Assembly (NCBI GenBank): GCA_965112735.1
Contig: OZ218951.1
Coordinates: 2,914,001 to 2,978,000 of the forward strand
From: Phaeosaccion multiseriatum
Lineage: Eukaryota; Protista; Ochrophyta, other classes
Direction of reading: 5' to 3'
DNA: 64,000 bases
Part shown: positions 27,701-40,474 of the stretch, piece after piece
Numbering within the stretch: position 1 is the first letter of the stretch
Layout: every line of letters starts with the position of its first letter
Notes under the pieces: generated by a model
Told to the model about the DNA's origin: nothing
Seen by the model: the letters and a program-made list of their open reading frames with translations, nothing else
The model's database searches: none
Program-made: the position numbers and the translations under genes

Positions 27701-30700
27701 CATCGTCGTCCCCTCCTCTTCTGACCCATGTGAAGAAGGCCTGCTGCTCCTCCTCCGTCTTTCCCTCCAAGCAGTGCAACTGAAGAGTCACCATTTGCAG
27801 CACCCGATAAATCAGAGTTTCTGACGAGGCAGGAGCAGCCACATACCGAGCCAGCGCTCCGTGCACCACGGTCCAGACCATGCGATGGAACAGCAGATCC
27901 CTCACGGGGCCAAACTGCACATGCCTCGGAGGAGGATGCGCCGCAAGAGGCTCGTGCGCCCTCTGCTGCTGCTGCTGCTCCTTCTTTCTCGCGGCGAGTA
28001 GCGCCGACACCCTCTCTGCCGCCGCCTGTTGCTCCTGCTTGCTAAGGTGGTAGAAGGTGGGGTCGTACTCACTGAGGAGGGCGGGCCGTAGATCAAACTT
28101 CCTCGGTTCGCTGGAAGGCCGGCCGGAGGAACTGCCACCTCCTCCACCCCCCTCTGCCCCGTCCATAGCGCTGCTACCGCCGCCACTCCCGTGCCGCACC
28201 ACCGAGACATCTTGCAGGCATTGGCGCAGCATGTCTTGTGGGACGCTGTGGGGGTGCACGTTTTGACTCACCGCTGCCACCTCGCTGTGAATGCACTCCC
28301 CACTCGCCAGCCTGTGCACAATTTCTCGACGAAGCGCGAGGTAGTCACCGTTTTGCCGCTGCTGCTGCCGCTGGGATGCCTTCGTGGTAGACGCCCCTCG
28401 CAGGCTTCCCTCCCACTTGCTCCCCGCCTCTCTGGGTAGCTCGGTGACGAGAATAATCAAGAAAGTGAGAGCCTCCTCCGCCAGCATGGTATACTGAGTC
28501 GCCGTCGTGGCGTTTCGGGGATTTCCGCTGGGATCGTCGTCCTGCATGCCAGCAAAATCGGGGTCCAAAAACCATCGATCCAACCCGAAACGGTCCAGAA
28601 AGGAGACCATAAACTGATCTGTGCCCGTCACCAGCATGGCATACTGAATGCACGTCAGATCCAAGTCCCTCAGGTTACGGCAGAGCGGAGGAGCCACGTA
28701 GTTGATAGCCTGGTTGTACACACTCGTGCCATTGCGTACCCACAATCGCGCCCACACTTGAGCCACAAACACCTGCACCCGGAGCGGGAAATCGAGGACG
28801 CCAAGCCCAAACTGCGAACTTTGCTGCATCAGGACGTCGTTGAGGGGCAAACCCGCCCTCGCAAGCTCGGACACCACCCTCCCCAGGAAGCGATGCAAGG
28901 GCAAGTGGAGGCTTATGGGCCCCGAGCCCACATTGAAGCGAACTCGGCAAGGGAGCCGCGCCAAGAGCGGTCGCAGCTTTGGTGGCACGTCTTCTGAGAT
29001 GGTCGCCAATAATCGGGCTGTCATGCTGCTCCCTCCTCCTCCTTCTCCTCCTGGGCGTGCCCCTTCACCACCGGCTGCGGCAGGGGGCTCAATCGAAGTG
29101 ACCTTGAAGAGCTTGCCCCCCGCCGTTCCAGTGCCCGAGCTACCACCCAGGAGCCCCGCAGAGGGAGATTGGGTGAAGAGCCACTCTGAGAGTTCGCGCA
29201 CTCCGGACGTCGCCAAGCCGACCCCTGCCTGTGCCTGCTGAAGGCGACTTCGGCCCTCACCCTCGCCCTCCTTTTCCTCTTCCTCTCTATCCACCGCCAT
29301 GGCTACTGCCCCCTGTCCCCCTTCTCCTCCTCCCCCTCCTCCTCCTGCTGCTGCTCCTCCTCCTCCTTTCGCCGCATCATCGAGGACGGTGACATCCAAG
29401 GCCTTATCCACCAGGGTCTCCGTCACGTTTCCCAGAGCGAGAGAGATGCCAAATGCGCTGTACCACCTCTTGGACTCGTACTGAATGTGCGTCAGCTTCA
29501 TCCTCGTCTTGAGGTCCATATGCTGCAGGCGACGCAGCAGAGACAGCCACATGCCGATCGGCTCCTTGCCCGGCCCTTTCTGCTCCTCGTCCCCAATGGC
29601 CATCTCAACAGCCGCGTCACCGGCCTGTAGGGCGTACTCAATGTCTCTAAAGATGTGCGAAAAGCGACGGTAGGTGGTGATTTGGTGGTCCAGGAAGCCG
29701 TCGGAGGCGCGCGTGTCTACCGAAGGCTTCAGATTGCACCCCGCAATATCAAAGGTGCCCAACAGGCACTGCAATCATATATAAGGGGCGGGGGGAGGGG
29801 CGGCGAGAAAGGAGGGAGGCGTGTAGCCGTGTGAGAGTTAGCGAGCGACTGAACATGTGAGTGAGTGAGTGAGTGAGTAAGTGAGTGAGAGAGGGGGGAG
29901 CGTGCAGGCGAACATATATTAGTACGTGCGGGGTCAAGGAAGGTGGAAACACATGTGAGGCCCGAGACAGAGAGAGAGAAAAGAGATCGAGAGGGAGGGG
30001 GAGGGAAGAGAGAGACTAGAAAGAAAGGTACAAAGAGACAAGAGAGTCATACCTGCATCAGCACCGCCAGAAGACCTCTCGGGCCGCAGCCCTTGGGCCA
30101 GACTGCCATGTCCTCGTTCTCGTCGTCGCCCCCAGCCTCCCACAGCCGCCGCTCGTCCTCCCAATTCCCCTCCTCCCCCGGTGACCCCCCCGCGTAGTGA
30201 CGAAGCAGGAGAGGGCCTTTCATCTTGAGAGTCACATCACCAAGCGTGTTCACCAGGCTGGGGGTGGTAAAGATCTGGACGCTGAAGCCGAAAATACTAT
30301 TCTCACTGGTTCCGATGCCTTGGCAGTACAGTAAGCTCAGTGGTAGATACAGCCTGGAGGGTGTACAGCAAAGAGGAGGGGGAGGAGGAGGAGGAGGAAG
30401 GAGGAGGCAAAGAGAGAGGAGGAGGGGGAGAGAAACGGCGAGGACAGGGTAAGGGAACACGCCACTCCTCCCAAAGAAAGCAACCAATCGCTGCGATGGA
30501 TCAAGGAGAGTACACATGCTCATGTCCACCCCCCCCAACCTCTCAACCCGTCAACCCTCCCCAAAACCAACTCCACTCCACATGTCTTTTATCATACATC
30601 TAGTTGAGTGCAAAGCTGAAAAGTAAGAGGAGAATGCATGTATGCATACACGAATGCGCACAGTACATACCTCGAGAGTGCGAGTGCAAACTGCGGCTTA

Positions 30701-33700
30701 TACCCCGATGGCGATGCATCCACAAGCAGCCGCATGTGTAGGCCGTGCAGTGCCATCCGCAGAGGCTTGCACACCGCCGGATCCGTCATCATCATGGCTA
30801 CAAGCGGGCAGCAGGCGGTGCGAGGGAAGGTGGGCGGGTAGGAATTTGATACCAGCACGTGCCGCCGCTTGCGAACAACACCGTCGTTGTGGTCGCCGTC
30901 ACCGTCACCCTCACCCTCACCCTCACCGAAACCGGAACGGTAGAAGGTAAAGCTGGATTTCTCTCCCGATCCCTTTCCCCATGCCCCAACGGACGACCAT
31001 TGCATTCTCTCCGTCCCGCCTCTGCTGCCCTCCCGATCCTCCTCCCCATCCTCCTCCGTCGTGGTGGTCGTCTTCCTTGTTTTCTCCCTCACCAGCACCT
31101 CCTCTAACCGCGACACGCCGAGTAAGCTGCTCATCAGCATCCGGCGAGAATTACTGCCCCGATTCACCTTATCTTTGTCCTTGTCCTTGTCCTTGTCCGA
31201 GGTCGACACGGACATCCCAAATGCCAATGCTAATGCGCCGGGAGCCCCCTCACCCTCCCCCGCTCGCGCTCTTCCTCCTGCTCCTCCTTCTCCTCGTCCC
31301 TGTGCCGACCCTGATAGCACCGCCGCACTGCTACTTGCGGCTCCTTCGCCGTCCTTGGATTCTTCCGTCACACCAGTAGCAGCACTGCTGCTGGCAATCC
31401 CCTCCACACTGCTCGAAGGAGAGTGATCCTCTGCTGCTGCTGCTCCCCATCCTGCTCCTGCGGCTGCTCCTGCTGCCACCGGTCCATAGCCCGCATCGTA
31501 GGTATTGTCTCCTGAGATTTGGCTCGTCATTTTGTCGGCAAGGAGGCGGCACATGCCGTCGTTTCGGCCCGCGAGGGAGGAGAGCCACCCCACCGCCACC
31601 TGCGCCTTGTCCACCCTGATTGGTGGGGATGGTGGTGATGATCGAGGGGGTGATGCAGTTCAAGTCGAGGAGTTGTGTGGGTAGTTACGTGTGTATTTTC
31701 ATCAGTGTGAGCTTGTGTGAAAAACAAACACCCTGAGGGTTTGGGAAGGTCGTGAGACGGGGCACGGATGAAATCAACAACAAAACACTCACATTTTGAG
31801 GTGGTCCATGGAGGTGACGGCCACGAGCAGGCCCTTCTTCTTGAGGTGCTCGTGAAGTGTCATTGCACGCCACGCGGAAACCTGCACTGCGATCTTCGCG
31901 AAGCCCTCCTCATCCACCTTTATCCGCCACGGACGGGTCGGAGGAGGAATGAAAGGAATGAATGAGGAAGCGTTTGGTGGTGGGGGGGTTGACGAGGAGC
32001 TGACTACACTTTTGAGAGAGCGAGTGAGACAAACCGCACACCCAAACACACACGCCCACACGCTGCACCCACACGTTCGGCACCCACCTGCTGCGTGAGC
32101 GTCATAGCCTCTCTCTCCATGATGGACACAGGTGGCTCCATGAACCGCTGGATCACAAACTCGTACGTGTGTACGTCGTCGTTGTGCACAATCACCACCA
32201 AGTCGCCGGACTCGGAGCCTGGGAAGTCAGGCAGCCGACTCGTCGGAGTCTTTTCGTTTAATTTTTTAGGGGTTTCCGTGTAGTATTTGTGTGGGCATGT
32301 TGAGGGAGAGCAGGGGGTTAGGGACAGGGCAAGGCAGAGAGAACGAGGAGGAGAGAGCAAAGTAGGGGGGGGGGGGGGGGGTAGGGCACATGAGACAGCA
32401 CATAAGGAATACTCCTTCAGTACAGGGCCATGCAGAAAGAAGCTCTCGACCAGGTGCTAGATGGCAGTAGATTCCTCCTGCCCGGCGTGAGTGCATTTAT
32501 TGAACGTGGTGCAGATCTAGTCGTTCGCCCTTCCCACCCTCCACTCCCCCTCCCTCCCTCCATCGACACTCGCTCCTTACCCACCCACCTCGGGTTTGTC
32601 TAGCAGCCAGGGGTTCTTCCGTGCCCCCTCGAAGCCCAACACCTCGTCCCACACCACGCGCATCACGAAACCCAGGGCCTGCAAATGGCGACAATTGCGC
32701 GTGGACGTACAACGGGCACATATGAATTGAATGTACAACGAACGGGAAATGTGGGCGATGGGGAGGCGCAGAAGCGAGCAGGAATGGAAAGGGGTAGGGG
32801 GGTCTTTTAGTTTGTTTGAAGCCAGGCAACACCAGCACCAAAAATACACACATCGGTGTTGGGGACGAAGGGTTGAGACGACGGAGCACAGCCCGCGCGT
32901 GCGGCAGAGGTTGTCAGTCTCGTGAGCCGCGAATGGTTCATTCAGAGCGCATATGATGGGATAACAATACACACAAGCCCCCCACACACCTGCTCTACGA
33001 CAATATCGCACGCCTCCTGCAGTGCAGGCGAGAGGGAGGTGAGAGGGTCAATCTCCTGCCCATCATCTCCCGTCGAGGGCTTGTGACGTGGGCAGCAGCC
33101 TTCCGCTGCCCAGGCCTCTGGATCTCCGCAGTCGCAGCACCCCCCGGGGGCCGTGCGGTGGAAATACACTTCGTGGCCCTTGTGGTCGGACCGACGGAAG
33201 CACGCGTCGCACTGAATGGGGGAGGAGCGAACCGACGGTGTGAGCATGGGAAGGGGGAGGGGGAAGAGGTGTGTGTGTGCGCGTGAGTGTGTGTGTGTGT
33301 GCGTGTGTAGAGAAGAGAGAAGGGAGAAACAAACGGGACGATCATTAGAGGGCCCCTCTCGCTCTCTCACCTGCACACAGGTGCCGTCCTGTTGGCAGGT
33401 GCGGCAGTTCCAAGCGATGTCCCCTCTGCTAAACACATACCCGCACAGCCTGCGACGGCAGTAGCAACGCAAAGCCAAGGAGTGGGCGCGTAGAAGGGCA
33501 GCAACAGCAGCAGGAGGAGGAGGAGGAGGAGGAGGAGGACGTTAGGTACGGAAACCGGTACGGCATCGTGCACAATCGTTGGGCGTCTCTACTCACAGCA
33601 TGGCCCTCTTATCATCCTCCCTCCATTCCACTCACCGCCATTCTCCCTCATGTGGTGTTGGTGGTACTACTACTGCTGCTTAACCCCCCTCTCTCCCCTC

Positions 33701-34520
33701 CCCCATGCCCCTTCCGCCACCGACCTCCTGTCCCACACGTGTGAAGCACTCCCCGTACGAGGCACGATACACAGCAAGACTACCCTCCGCTGCGTTAGTT
33801 CCTCCCCTTTTTGTTTTCATTCCCCCCCCTACGAGCGTCCCTCTTCTTCTAGCTCACTCACTCACCGCTTCTTGTTCGCGTTGGTCAGCTTCCCCAGCAC
33901 TTCTCCCGTGTTGTTCTCACTCACCAGAGAGTCCAGGTAGCCCCCAAGCTGAGATGGAGGCGCCCTGTGGAGGATCACTGTGGCGGCATCGCGCAGCAGG
34001 CTGGCGTCTGAGGCAGCAGCAGCAGCAGCAGCAGCAGTGGGTGTCAGGTGGTACGTGGAAGAAAAAGCGCAAAAATCTTGCTGCAGTAGCTTGTGGGACA
34101 GGAAGGCCCGCACACCGACGGCTCTTCTCTCTCTCTAGCACACCAGCCTTCTCATAATAAAGATAAGAGAGGCAAGCATGCTCATCCTCGCCTTCCCTCT
34201 CCGCAGTGGCAAGCAAGATGCGGGGGTCTACCCAAAGTTGCCTTACCGAAATTGCCTTTCCCCATCGTCGTCGCTCCTCCCAGTGACGCCGTGCTCTTCT
34301 CCCTACTGCTCATACCTCCCTGCTCATCAGCAACACCGCAACCGCTACTGCTACTCCCCCCCTTGCCGCTGCTGCTCCTCCCGCCGTATATTGCCTTGGC
34401 TAGCGCGTCCTTGGAGGGAAGGCCCTTCCCGCCTCGCCTCCACAGGGTCTCCCCGGTGCGAGGGTCCAGCAGCTGCGACACCATCAGCTGCTGCTGCTGC
34501 TGCTGCTGCTGATGTGCCAT
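19138..34520 (-). CDS. UBR1: UBR1/UBR2-type N-recognin E3 ubiquitin ligase (N-degron pathway)
   Basis: UBR box (CGYVFSRGDIAWNCRTCQQDGTCVQ|CDACFRRSDHKGHEV..GGCCDCGDPEAW, ~33448-33080), ClpS-like motif (VIVHNDDVHTYEFVI, ~32200), SLHLPLHRFL and WVRNG motifs, RING (HCGHGVHSECF..EFLCPLCKSISN, ~26430-25900) and C-terminal domain (PAVCLVCG..HAMSCGAGVGVFF|..YVDEHGEEDTGLRRGRPLYL..RENYY*, TAA 19140-19138). Start at MAHQQQ (34520) is the most plausible ATG; the first exons are less certain. Confidence 0.95.
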
Positions 34521-34664
34521 GTCGCTCGTATCCTCCTCGCTCGCTCGCTCACGCCCTGCACCCTCTTCTTTTGGCGGGTCTCCGTGTTGTTCAGATAAAT
34601 AGATCGCCCCCTTACATAACATTACGTAACTTGCTTTCAACTGCCCACCCCAAGCACTTTCCCC
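34521..34664. promoter_or_regulatory. Putative compact bidirectional promoter between UBR1 and FKBP12
   Basis: Only ~144 bp separate the divergent inferred ATGs (34520 minus, 34665 plus). It includes a relatively AT-rich patch (AGATAAATAG..TTACATAACATTACGTAAC). Confidence 0.5.
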
Positions 34665-35506
34665 ATGCCTTCCCCCGATGAGAGCACTGAAGAAGCGGAG
34701 GATGCCCATGGCCTACAATGGAAAACAATTAAGCCAGGCAATGCGACCCACTATCCGAAAGAAGGGAGCACTGTGAGCATCCACTACGTGGGCAAGGTGA
34801 GACTGCCTAGCCTGGGGAAGGAGCCTTCCTCCCCGCGCTTCTCTCTTTCTCTCCCTCTGCTTCTCTCTTCTACTTCTTTCCTTCTTCTCTCGCCCTCTTT
34901 CTCTCTCTCCCTCTCTATCTCTTTCTCTTTCTCCTTTCTTCTTCTCTCTCTCTGTCCTTCTCTCTCCTTCTCTCTCCCTCTTCTTCTCAATCTCTTTCTC
35001 TTGCCTACCTCATCTCCTCTTCCTCACTATCATCTCTTCCTAAACTCTCCCGGCCTTCCATGTCTCCTCTCGTTGCACCTAGCTCTCGGATGGGAGCACC
35101 TTCGACTCCAGCAGGGACCGCCAGCGCCCCTTCGAGTTCAAAGTGGGGGCAGGACAGGTCATACAGGGTGAGTGTAGCTCGTTCTGCTCTCGTGTCGAGT
35201 ATGTAAGACTGAACAGGGGAGTGAATAGGACTAGCTGCGCTGTGGTTGGGGAGGGTGGTAAGGAAGAAGCTCCACCTGTCCTCTGCTCCGTTCTGTAGTA
35301 TCCTCACCTCCGTAATCATCTGAACCATCCTCGAACCGCCGACCGAAACAGCGTGGGAGGAGGTGATTCCGCAAATGTCTATCGGCCAGATTGTGGTCAT
35401 CACGGCAACACCCGCCTTTGCCTACGGAGTGTATGGCTTCCCTCCGCTCATCCCCGGAGCCGCCACTTTGATTTACGAATGCGAGCTCCTGAACTTTTGC
35501 AATTAA
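34665..35506 (+). CDS. FKBP12: FKBP-type peptidyl-prolyl cis-trans isomerase (FKBP12)
   Basis: Exons 34665-34796, 35083-35128 region and ~35352-35506 give ..TIKPGNATHYPKEGSTVSIHYVGK|LSDGSTFDSSRDRQRPFEFKVGAGQVIQ|AWEEVIPQMSIGQ..FAYGVYGFPPLIPGAATLIYECELLNFCN*, a single canonical FKBP domain. Confidence 0.95.
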
Positions 35507-35984
35507 GAGTGGAGAGTCTTTCACATCATTGCTGAACGACAACCGACACAAACACTTGGGGGTGGCTTGTTCGTTCTCTGCCAGGCCATTGATTGGCACG
35601 CACCTCCTACAAAGACTCTCTTCTGTTGGGTGGATGCGCGTCGTGGCAGTGGCCCCATCGAACGAGAGGGCCCTCTGTACCTACGTACGTTTGCTCAGCG
35701 GCTCGGCGGACGAGCAAGAGTCACGCCGCCGTTTGCACTCCTTGAATGGGAGTCAGTGAAAACCTACCACCACTGCCCTGTCTCTGTCCGCAGTGGACAT
35801 CTTCCACTGCCATGTTCCACTGCTGGCCTCTGACGGGAGAGGGTGTGCTTGGGACGAACGATACACCGCATGACAAAGGGAGGCGGGCCTTAGTGGAAGG
35901 GTGGGCGTTGGGCCAGTGTGAAGACGCGCACCACACATGTTTGGACCGACCTCGACCGGAGGTTACACAGAGTGAGGAAGAAGG

Positions 35985-36234
35985 AGTGCTGTCCGGCCCA
36001 ACCCGGAAGGATAAGTTCGGATGAGAGGACGATGCCCTGCTGAGACGACAGCCTCCACCCTCCGCGTCTCTTCTTCGGGGTGAAGAAGGGCCTTTCCGCT
36101 TCTGGGCGGTACCCGCCGGGATGGCCCAAGAGACCAGAGACGGAAGGGGGTGCGGGGAGGAGGCAGCAGGGCACGGCTCTCTCTACTCGAGGGGTAGCCA
36201 GCAGCCAGGGCCCCTAATGCGACAGGATTACACT
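35985..36234. ncRNA. Candidate structured RNA / long imperfect fold-back
   Basis: Nested complementary segments seen by eye, including TGCCCTGCTG (36033-36042)/CAGCAGGGCA (36164-36173), GCCTCC/GGAGGC, GTCTCTT/AAGAGAC, GGGCC/GGCCC, GGCGG/CCGCC and an outer AGTGCTGTC/GACAG..CACT. No known family recognised. Confidence 0.35.
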
Positions 36235-36242
36235 GTACGCTG

Positions 36243-36508
36243 CTACGTGGGTGTGTCAATTGTGTTGTTAGCGACCTGCAGGGAGGAAGGAGCTGTCAGT
36301 ATCTGGTGTGTGGGTGTGTGCGCGTGTGGGCGGCGATGGGGGCGGGGTGGTGGATGGTCCCTTGGGAGAGCCGCAGCGCAGCCTACGCGCAGCACCATCT
36401 CGTGAGAAGAGGGATCTGCAAGGAGGTGGTAACAGCGGTCAGGAAGCGGAGAGGGGGGCACGCACTGCGAAGTGTCCCCAATGTGCCCAATGTACAAGCG
36501 TCCGTCAT
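36243..36508 (-). CDS. Candidate spliced small ORF (34 aa), divergent from the ankyrin-RCC1 gene
   Basis: Exons 36508-36466, 36415-36387 and 36275-36243. Both introns are GT..CTGAC..pyrimidine..CAG. Product MTDACTLGTLGTLRNPSSHEMVLRVANNTIDTPT*. No recognisable homology. Confidence 0.25.
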
Positions 36509-36821
36509 TTGTATTGTAATTCTTTCTCTCCCACCGTACAATTGTATATTTGTGACGAAGTCACAGGTGGGCGAAAAAAAATCAATAAGTCAATAAAATG
36601 TTTCCAAAATCGCGCATCGTGTGGCGAATGTTCATGCCCCGAGCGCGGAGGCTTGACAAGGAGGGTATGTAGGGCCCTTTCCTGCCCCATCACACACTCT
36701 TGTCTACGGTGGGAACGGAGGAAGAGCGGAAAGAGTTGATTGAAAAAAATTAAAGCCTCCGCTCCCAAAAGACTAGTCCTTTTTTGGACCAAGCGCGGCC
36801 TGACCCACACCACCTTGGAAT

Positions 36822-37453
36822 ATGAGCAGGATGGAAAAAGGCAAAGACATATGGACTGTTGTGAAAGACGGGCAAGACGACGACCTGAGCGCTCTTCAGT
36901 TTCTGGTAGAGGATGCGAAGGGAGGAGTGTTTGTGGACGAAAGGAACGACGTTGGAGAGACTCCTCTGCACCTTGCTGCGTCTAGGGGGCTCGAGGTGAG
37001 TAGTAGGGGATGTGTGGATTAATCCGTGTTTTCGCCCATCTCATTGGCCGACAAGGGCAGGGCAAGGGGGGGGGGTGGCTGCGGGACGTTGAACAAAATA
37101 AGAGGGAAAGAGAAGGACTTACTTAACTACCTCCTCCTCTCAACCATCCTTGCAGAACGTGGTGTCGTTCCTCCTTGCAAGGGGCGCAAATCCCAACCTC
37201 GCTGACTGGGAGAGCGGTTGGACAGCGCTCCATCGGTCCTTCTACTCGGGCTACGTGCGCACGTCGCTACTGCTTTTGGAGGGGGGGGCGCTGTTGGGGG
37301 ATGAAGACTACGCCACGATGGAGGAGGGCGGGGGGCAGACGCGCTTTCATACCAGCAGGAGCAACAGCAACGGTGCTCAGGCCGCGCCTGCCTCGACGTC
37401 CTCGGGGTCGACTTCCGGCGGGGCTGAAGGAGGAGGAGGAGCAGGAAGAGGAG

Positions 37454-37484
<31 letters not shown>

Positions 37485-37916
37485 CAGTAGTAGGACCGCA
37501 ACAAGCAACAAGTCGGCAGCCACCGCAAAAGCGGCACTGGCACTGGCGTCGTCGAGAAGGCGAGGGGTCGTGCTAGACCACAACGGTCGCTCCCCCTTAG
37601 ACCTGCTGTCGTTGGAGATGAAGCGAGAGCTCAGCGGGGCGGTGGGCGGCTCTGGTGGGGAGGTGCTCTCATTTGGCAAGACGGACTTTCCTTTGGGCTA
37701 CGATCTCCCCAACGCTGACGTGGTGGCCCGGCCCAGGTAAAGCCCCGTCGTGTGTGAGGAGGGAAATGTGGAATGTATTCTGAAACGGGAGATATTCGTC
37801 TGCGGTAGGATAGGACTCACGAAACGCACATCTCAGGTGGTGAGGAGGGATGAACCGGACAGCGCAGCGACGTATTTGATGCCATACTTGTTCTCTTTTG
37901 ATCTTGTGCTTTTGTT

Positions 37917-37950
<34 letters not shown>

Positions 37951-38824
37951 CTTTTCTTCTTTCTCTTGTGCGTGGTCGGTCGGTCGATCGGTTCACAGGC
38001 GTGTGGATGCGCTGGCGAATCTATCGGTGGTGGCAGTATCCGCTGCCAAGTACCACTCCTTGGCCGTGACGAGAAGTGGCTACCTGTACTCCTGGGGCCA
38101 CGGCAGGGGGGGCAGACTTGGCCACGGAGATGAGAATGTGCGCATGATGCCGGAGGTGGTGCAGGGCTTTGGCTTGGATAAGCGGGTAAGGGAGGGGAAG
38201 GAAGGGAGGGAGGAGAGGGGAGGAGAGGGAGGGGGGGGAGAGGCAGGGAGGATGATGTGAGGGAAGGGACTTTTATTTGCCCTACGGTCGTACTCCACAA
38301 ACTGAGGAGAAGGAGGAGTGGTAGTAGTAGTAGTAGTAGTAATAGCAGTATTAGCAGTAGTAGTGAGAGGAGAAGGATGAGGAGAAGGAAGGGGAAGACA
38401 GAGAGCTGGGGATGTGAAGGGAGAGAGACTTGCGCTGCTCTATCCATGCGAAGCTTGTCGTGGCCGGCGCCGATCTCGTGGCTCCTCCCCCCCCCCCCGG
38501 TCTTTCTCTCTCGCCTGTGCGAAGATGATGCGTCTCGCTGCAGGGGGGGGCTGACTTTCCTACCCCCCATCTAGTCGGTGTGTGTGGCCCACACGTGCTG
38601 ATATCCACCCCATCCACACACACACACACGCACACACGCACACACCCTCTCCCCTGCTCCTGTGCTTCCCTCCCTTCCTCATACGTGCGTGCGTGTATAC
38701 AGCGCGTCATCTCCATCGCCGCTGCGGAGAACCACACAGTTGTCGCCACCTGCCATGGAGCAGGTACGAATGAGATAGAGAGGCGCGGACGCTGCCCAAA
38801 TTCTTGTCTGTCTGTCTGTCTGTG

Positions 38825-38868
<44 letters not shown>

Positions 38869-40439
38869 CACCTGTCCACCTGTCCACCTGTCTGCCTGTA
38901 TGCCCGCCTGTGTATCTGCCTTTCTGTCCGCCCCCTCCCCTATAAGGCGGCCGTTCCTACCCCAGTCATGACCGCGTGTCCCGGGCCCAACTACCCCTGA
39001 AAACTCCCAAAACCCCTCCATCCCTTCTCCTCTGATACCCCTCTCTTCTTGTTCCGATGGCACAACCCAAATGAATGTACATACATAGTGTATGCCTGGG
39101 GATCGAACCGGTTCGGTCAGCTCGGCGTGAGCGGGGGCGCAAGCTGTCGCCTCCATCCCAAAAGAGTGGAGGCCCTGCGGAGATTCTTCATCTTGAAAGT
39201 AGCGGCAGGGCACAGCCACAGCGCAGGAGTGTCCAAGGATGGTGTGCTCTACTGCTGGGGAAGCAACAAGGTTAGTATGTGTGTGAGCACTAGTGTGCGT
39301 GCACTTGTGTGTGCATGTACGGTGCGTGTGTGTGTGTAATGGGAGAGAGGCTGTACGAAAAGTCTGTATGAGCTCGCTCTCTACCGATGGGAGTGCGTGA
39401 GTCAGACCAAAGAGCGGACCTCGCCACAAGTGAAGCGTGAGAGAGGGAGAGCGCGTGCTGCTTCCCCTTCTCTCCCCCCCTCACTCTCTTTGTCTTTACC
39501 TATCGTCTGCCCCCCTCTCTCTATCACTTACGCCCTCTCTCCGATCTGCCCCTCTCCCTCTCCTTCGCCCTTTGCCATAATGCAATAATGGATTTTTCGG
39601 ATAAACGTGCCCTCCTCGTCGCGCGTAGTCGGGGCAATTGGGCATCACCATGGGCTCCCAATGCAGCACCCCCAAGCCGGTCCAGCTACCAGGTCGAGTC
39701 GGAGAGAGGTCTCCACGCGTAATTGACGTTTCGTGCGCAGTCAACAGCACCCTTGTGGTCGTGGCTCCGAGCAGCCTCGGCGCGCGTGATTACTTCGAAG
39801 CCGCCTTTGGGCAGGGGCTAGGCAAGGGATGGTCCTCTGTGGCAGGTGGTAGTGGCGTTGGTGATTCATCAGAGTCTGTGAGTGAGAGCAAGAGAGAGCA
39901 GTGGCGGCGTGTGCGCCAGCAGCAGCAGCAGCATGTGAGCGATGTGTATCAGTGGGGCCACGGAAGCTGTGTACCCACGAGGGTCAAGTTCAACGTCAAC
40001 ATGCTCGATGCAGGTGCCGCTGCGGCTGGTGCAGCGGTGGTGAACGGTGGTAGCAACCTGAAGGGAAGTGGTGGCAGGAAAGGCAGTTGCGACGACCTTC
40101 CTTCGGTTGCGGCCGCGTTAGGCAGCAGCAGCAGCAGCAGCAGGAGGAAGCACAACAATAAGGCATCCAGCGCGAGCCTTGTCAACATCGTACGGGTGTG
40201 TGCAGCCCGTCATCACAGCGTTGCCCTCTCAGACGCAGGGCATGTGTACACGTGGGGACTCGGGGCGGACAACTTGGGACTCAGCCCTAAGGTTGGTTGG
40301 TTGGCTTGGTTCATTGGTTCATTGGTTCATTGGTTCGTATGGTTTTGAATACCGAGTGCCTCCTCTAATCCAACTCCTCCTCCCCCTCCCCCTTCTCCTC
40401 TTCCGCCTCCTCCACCTCCTCCTCCTCCTCCTCCTCCTC

Positions 40440-40474
<35 letters not shown>

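Noticed and set aside
34521-34709. N-terminal extension of the UBR1 first ORF overlapping the FKBP12 start
   Set aside because: It would overlap the FKBP12 coding start on the opposite strand; MAHQQQ at 34520 is more plausible.
35660-36240. SRP RNA, RNase P/MRP or telomerase RNA identity for the fold-back (TGTAATCC and GGAAAGGCCC motifs)
   Set aside because: No SRP helix-8 GNRA/CAGG-GCAG motif, no convincing P4 CR-I/CR-V spacing, and no telomeric template. Kept only as an unassigned structure.
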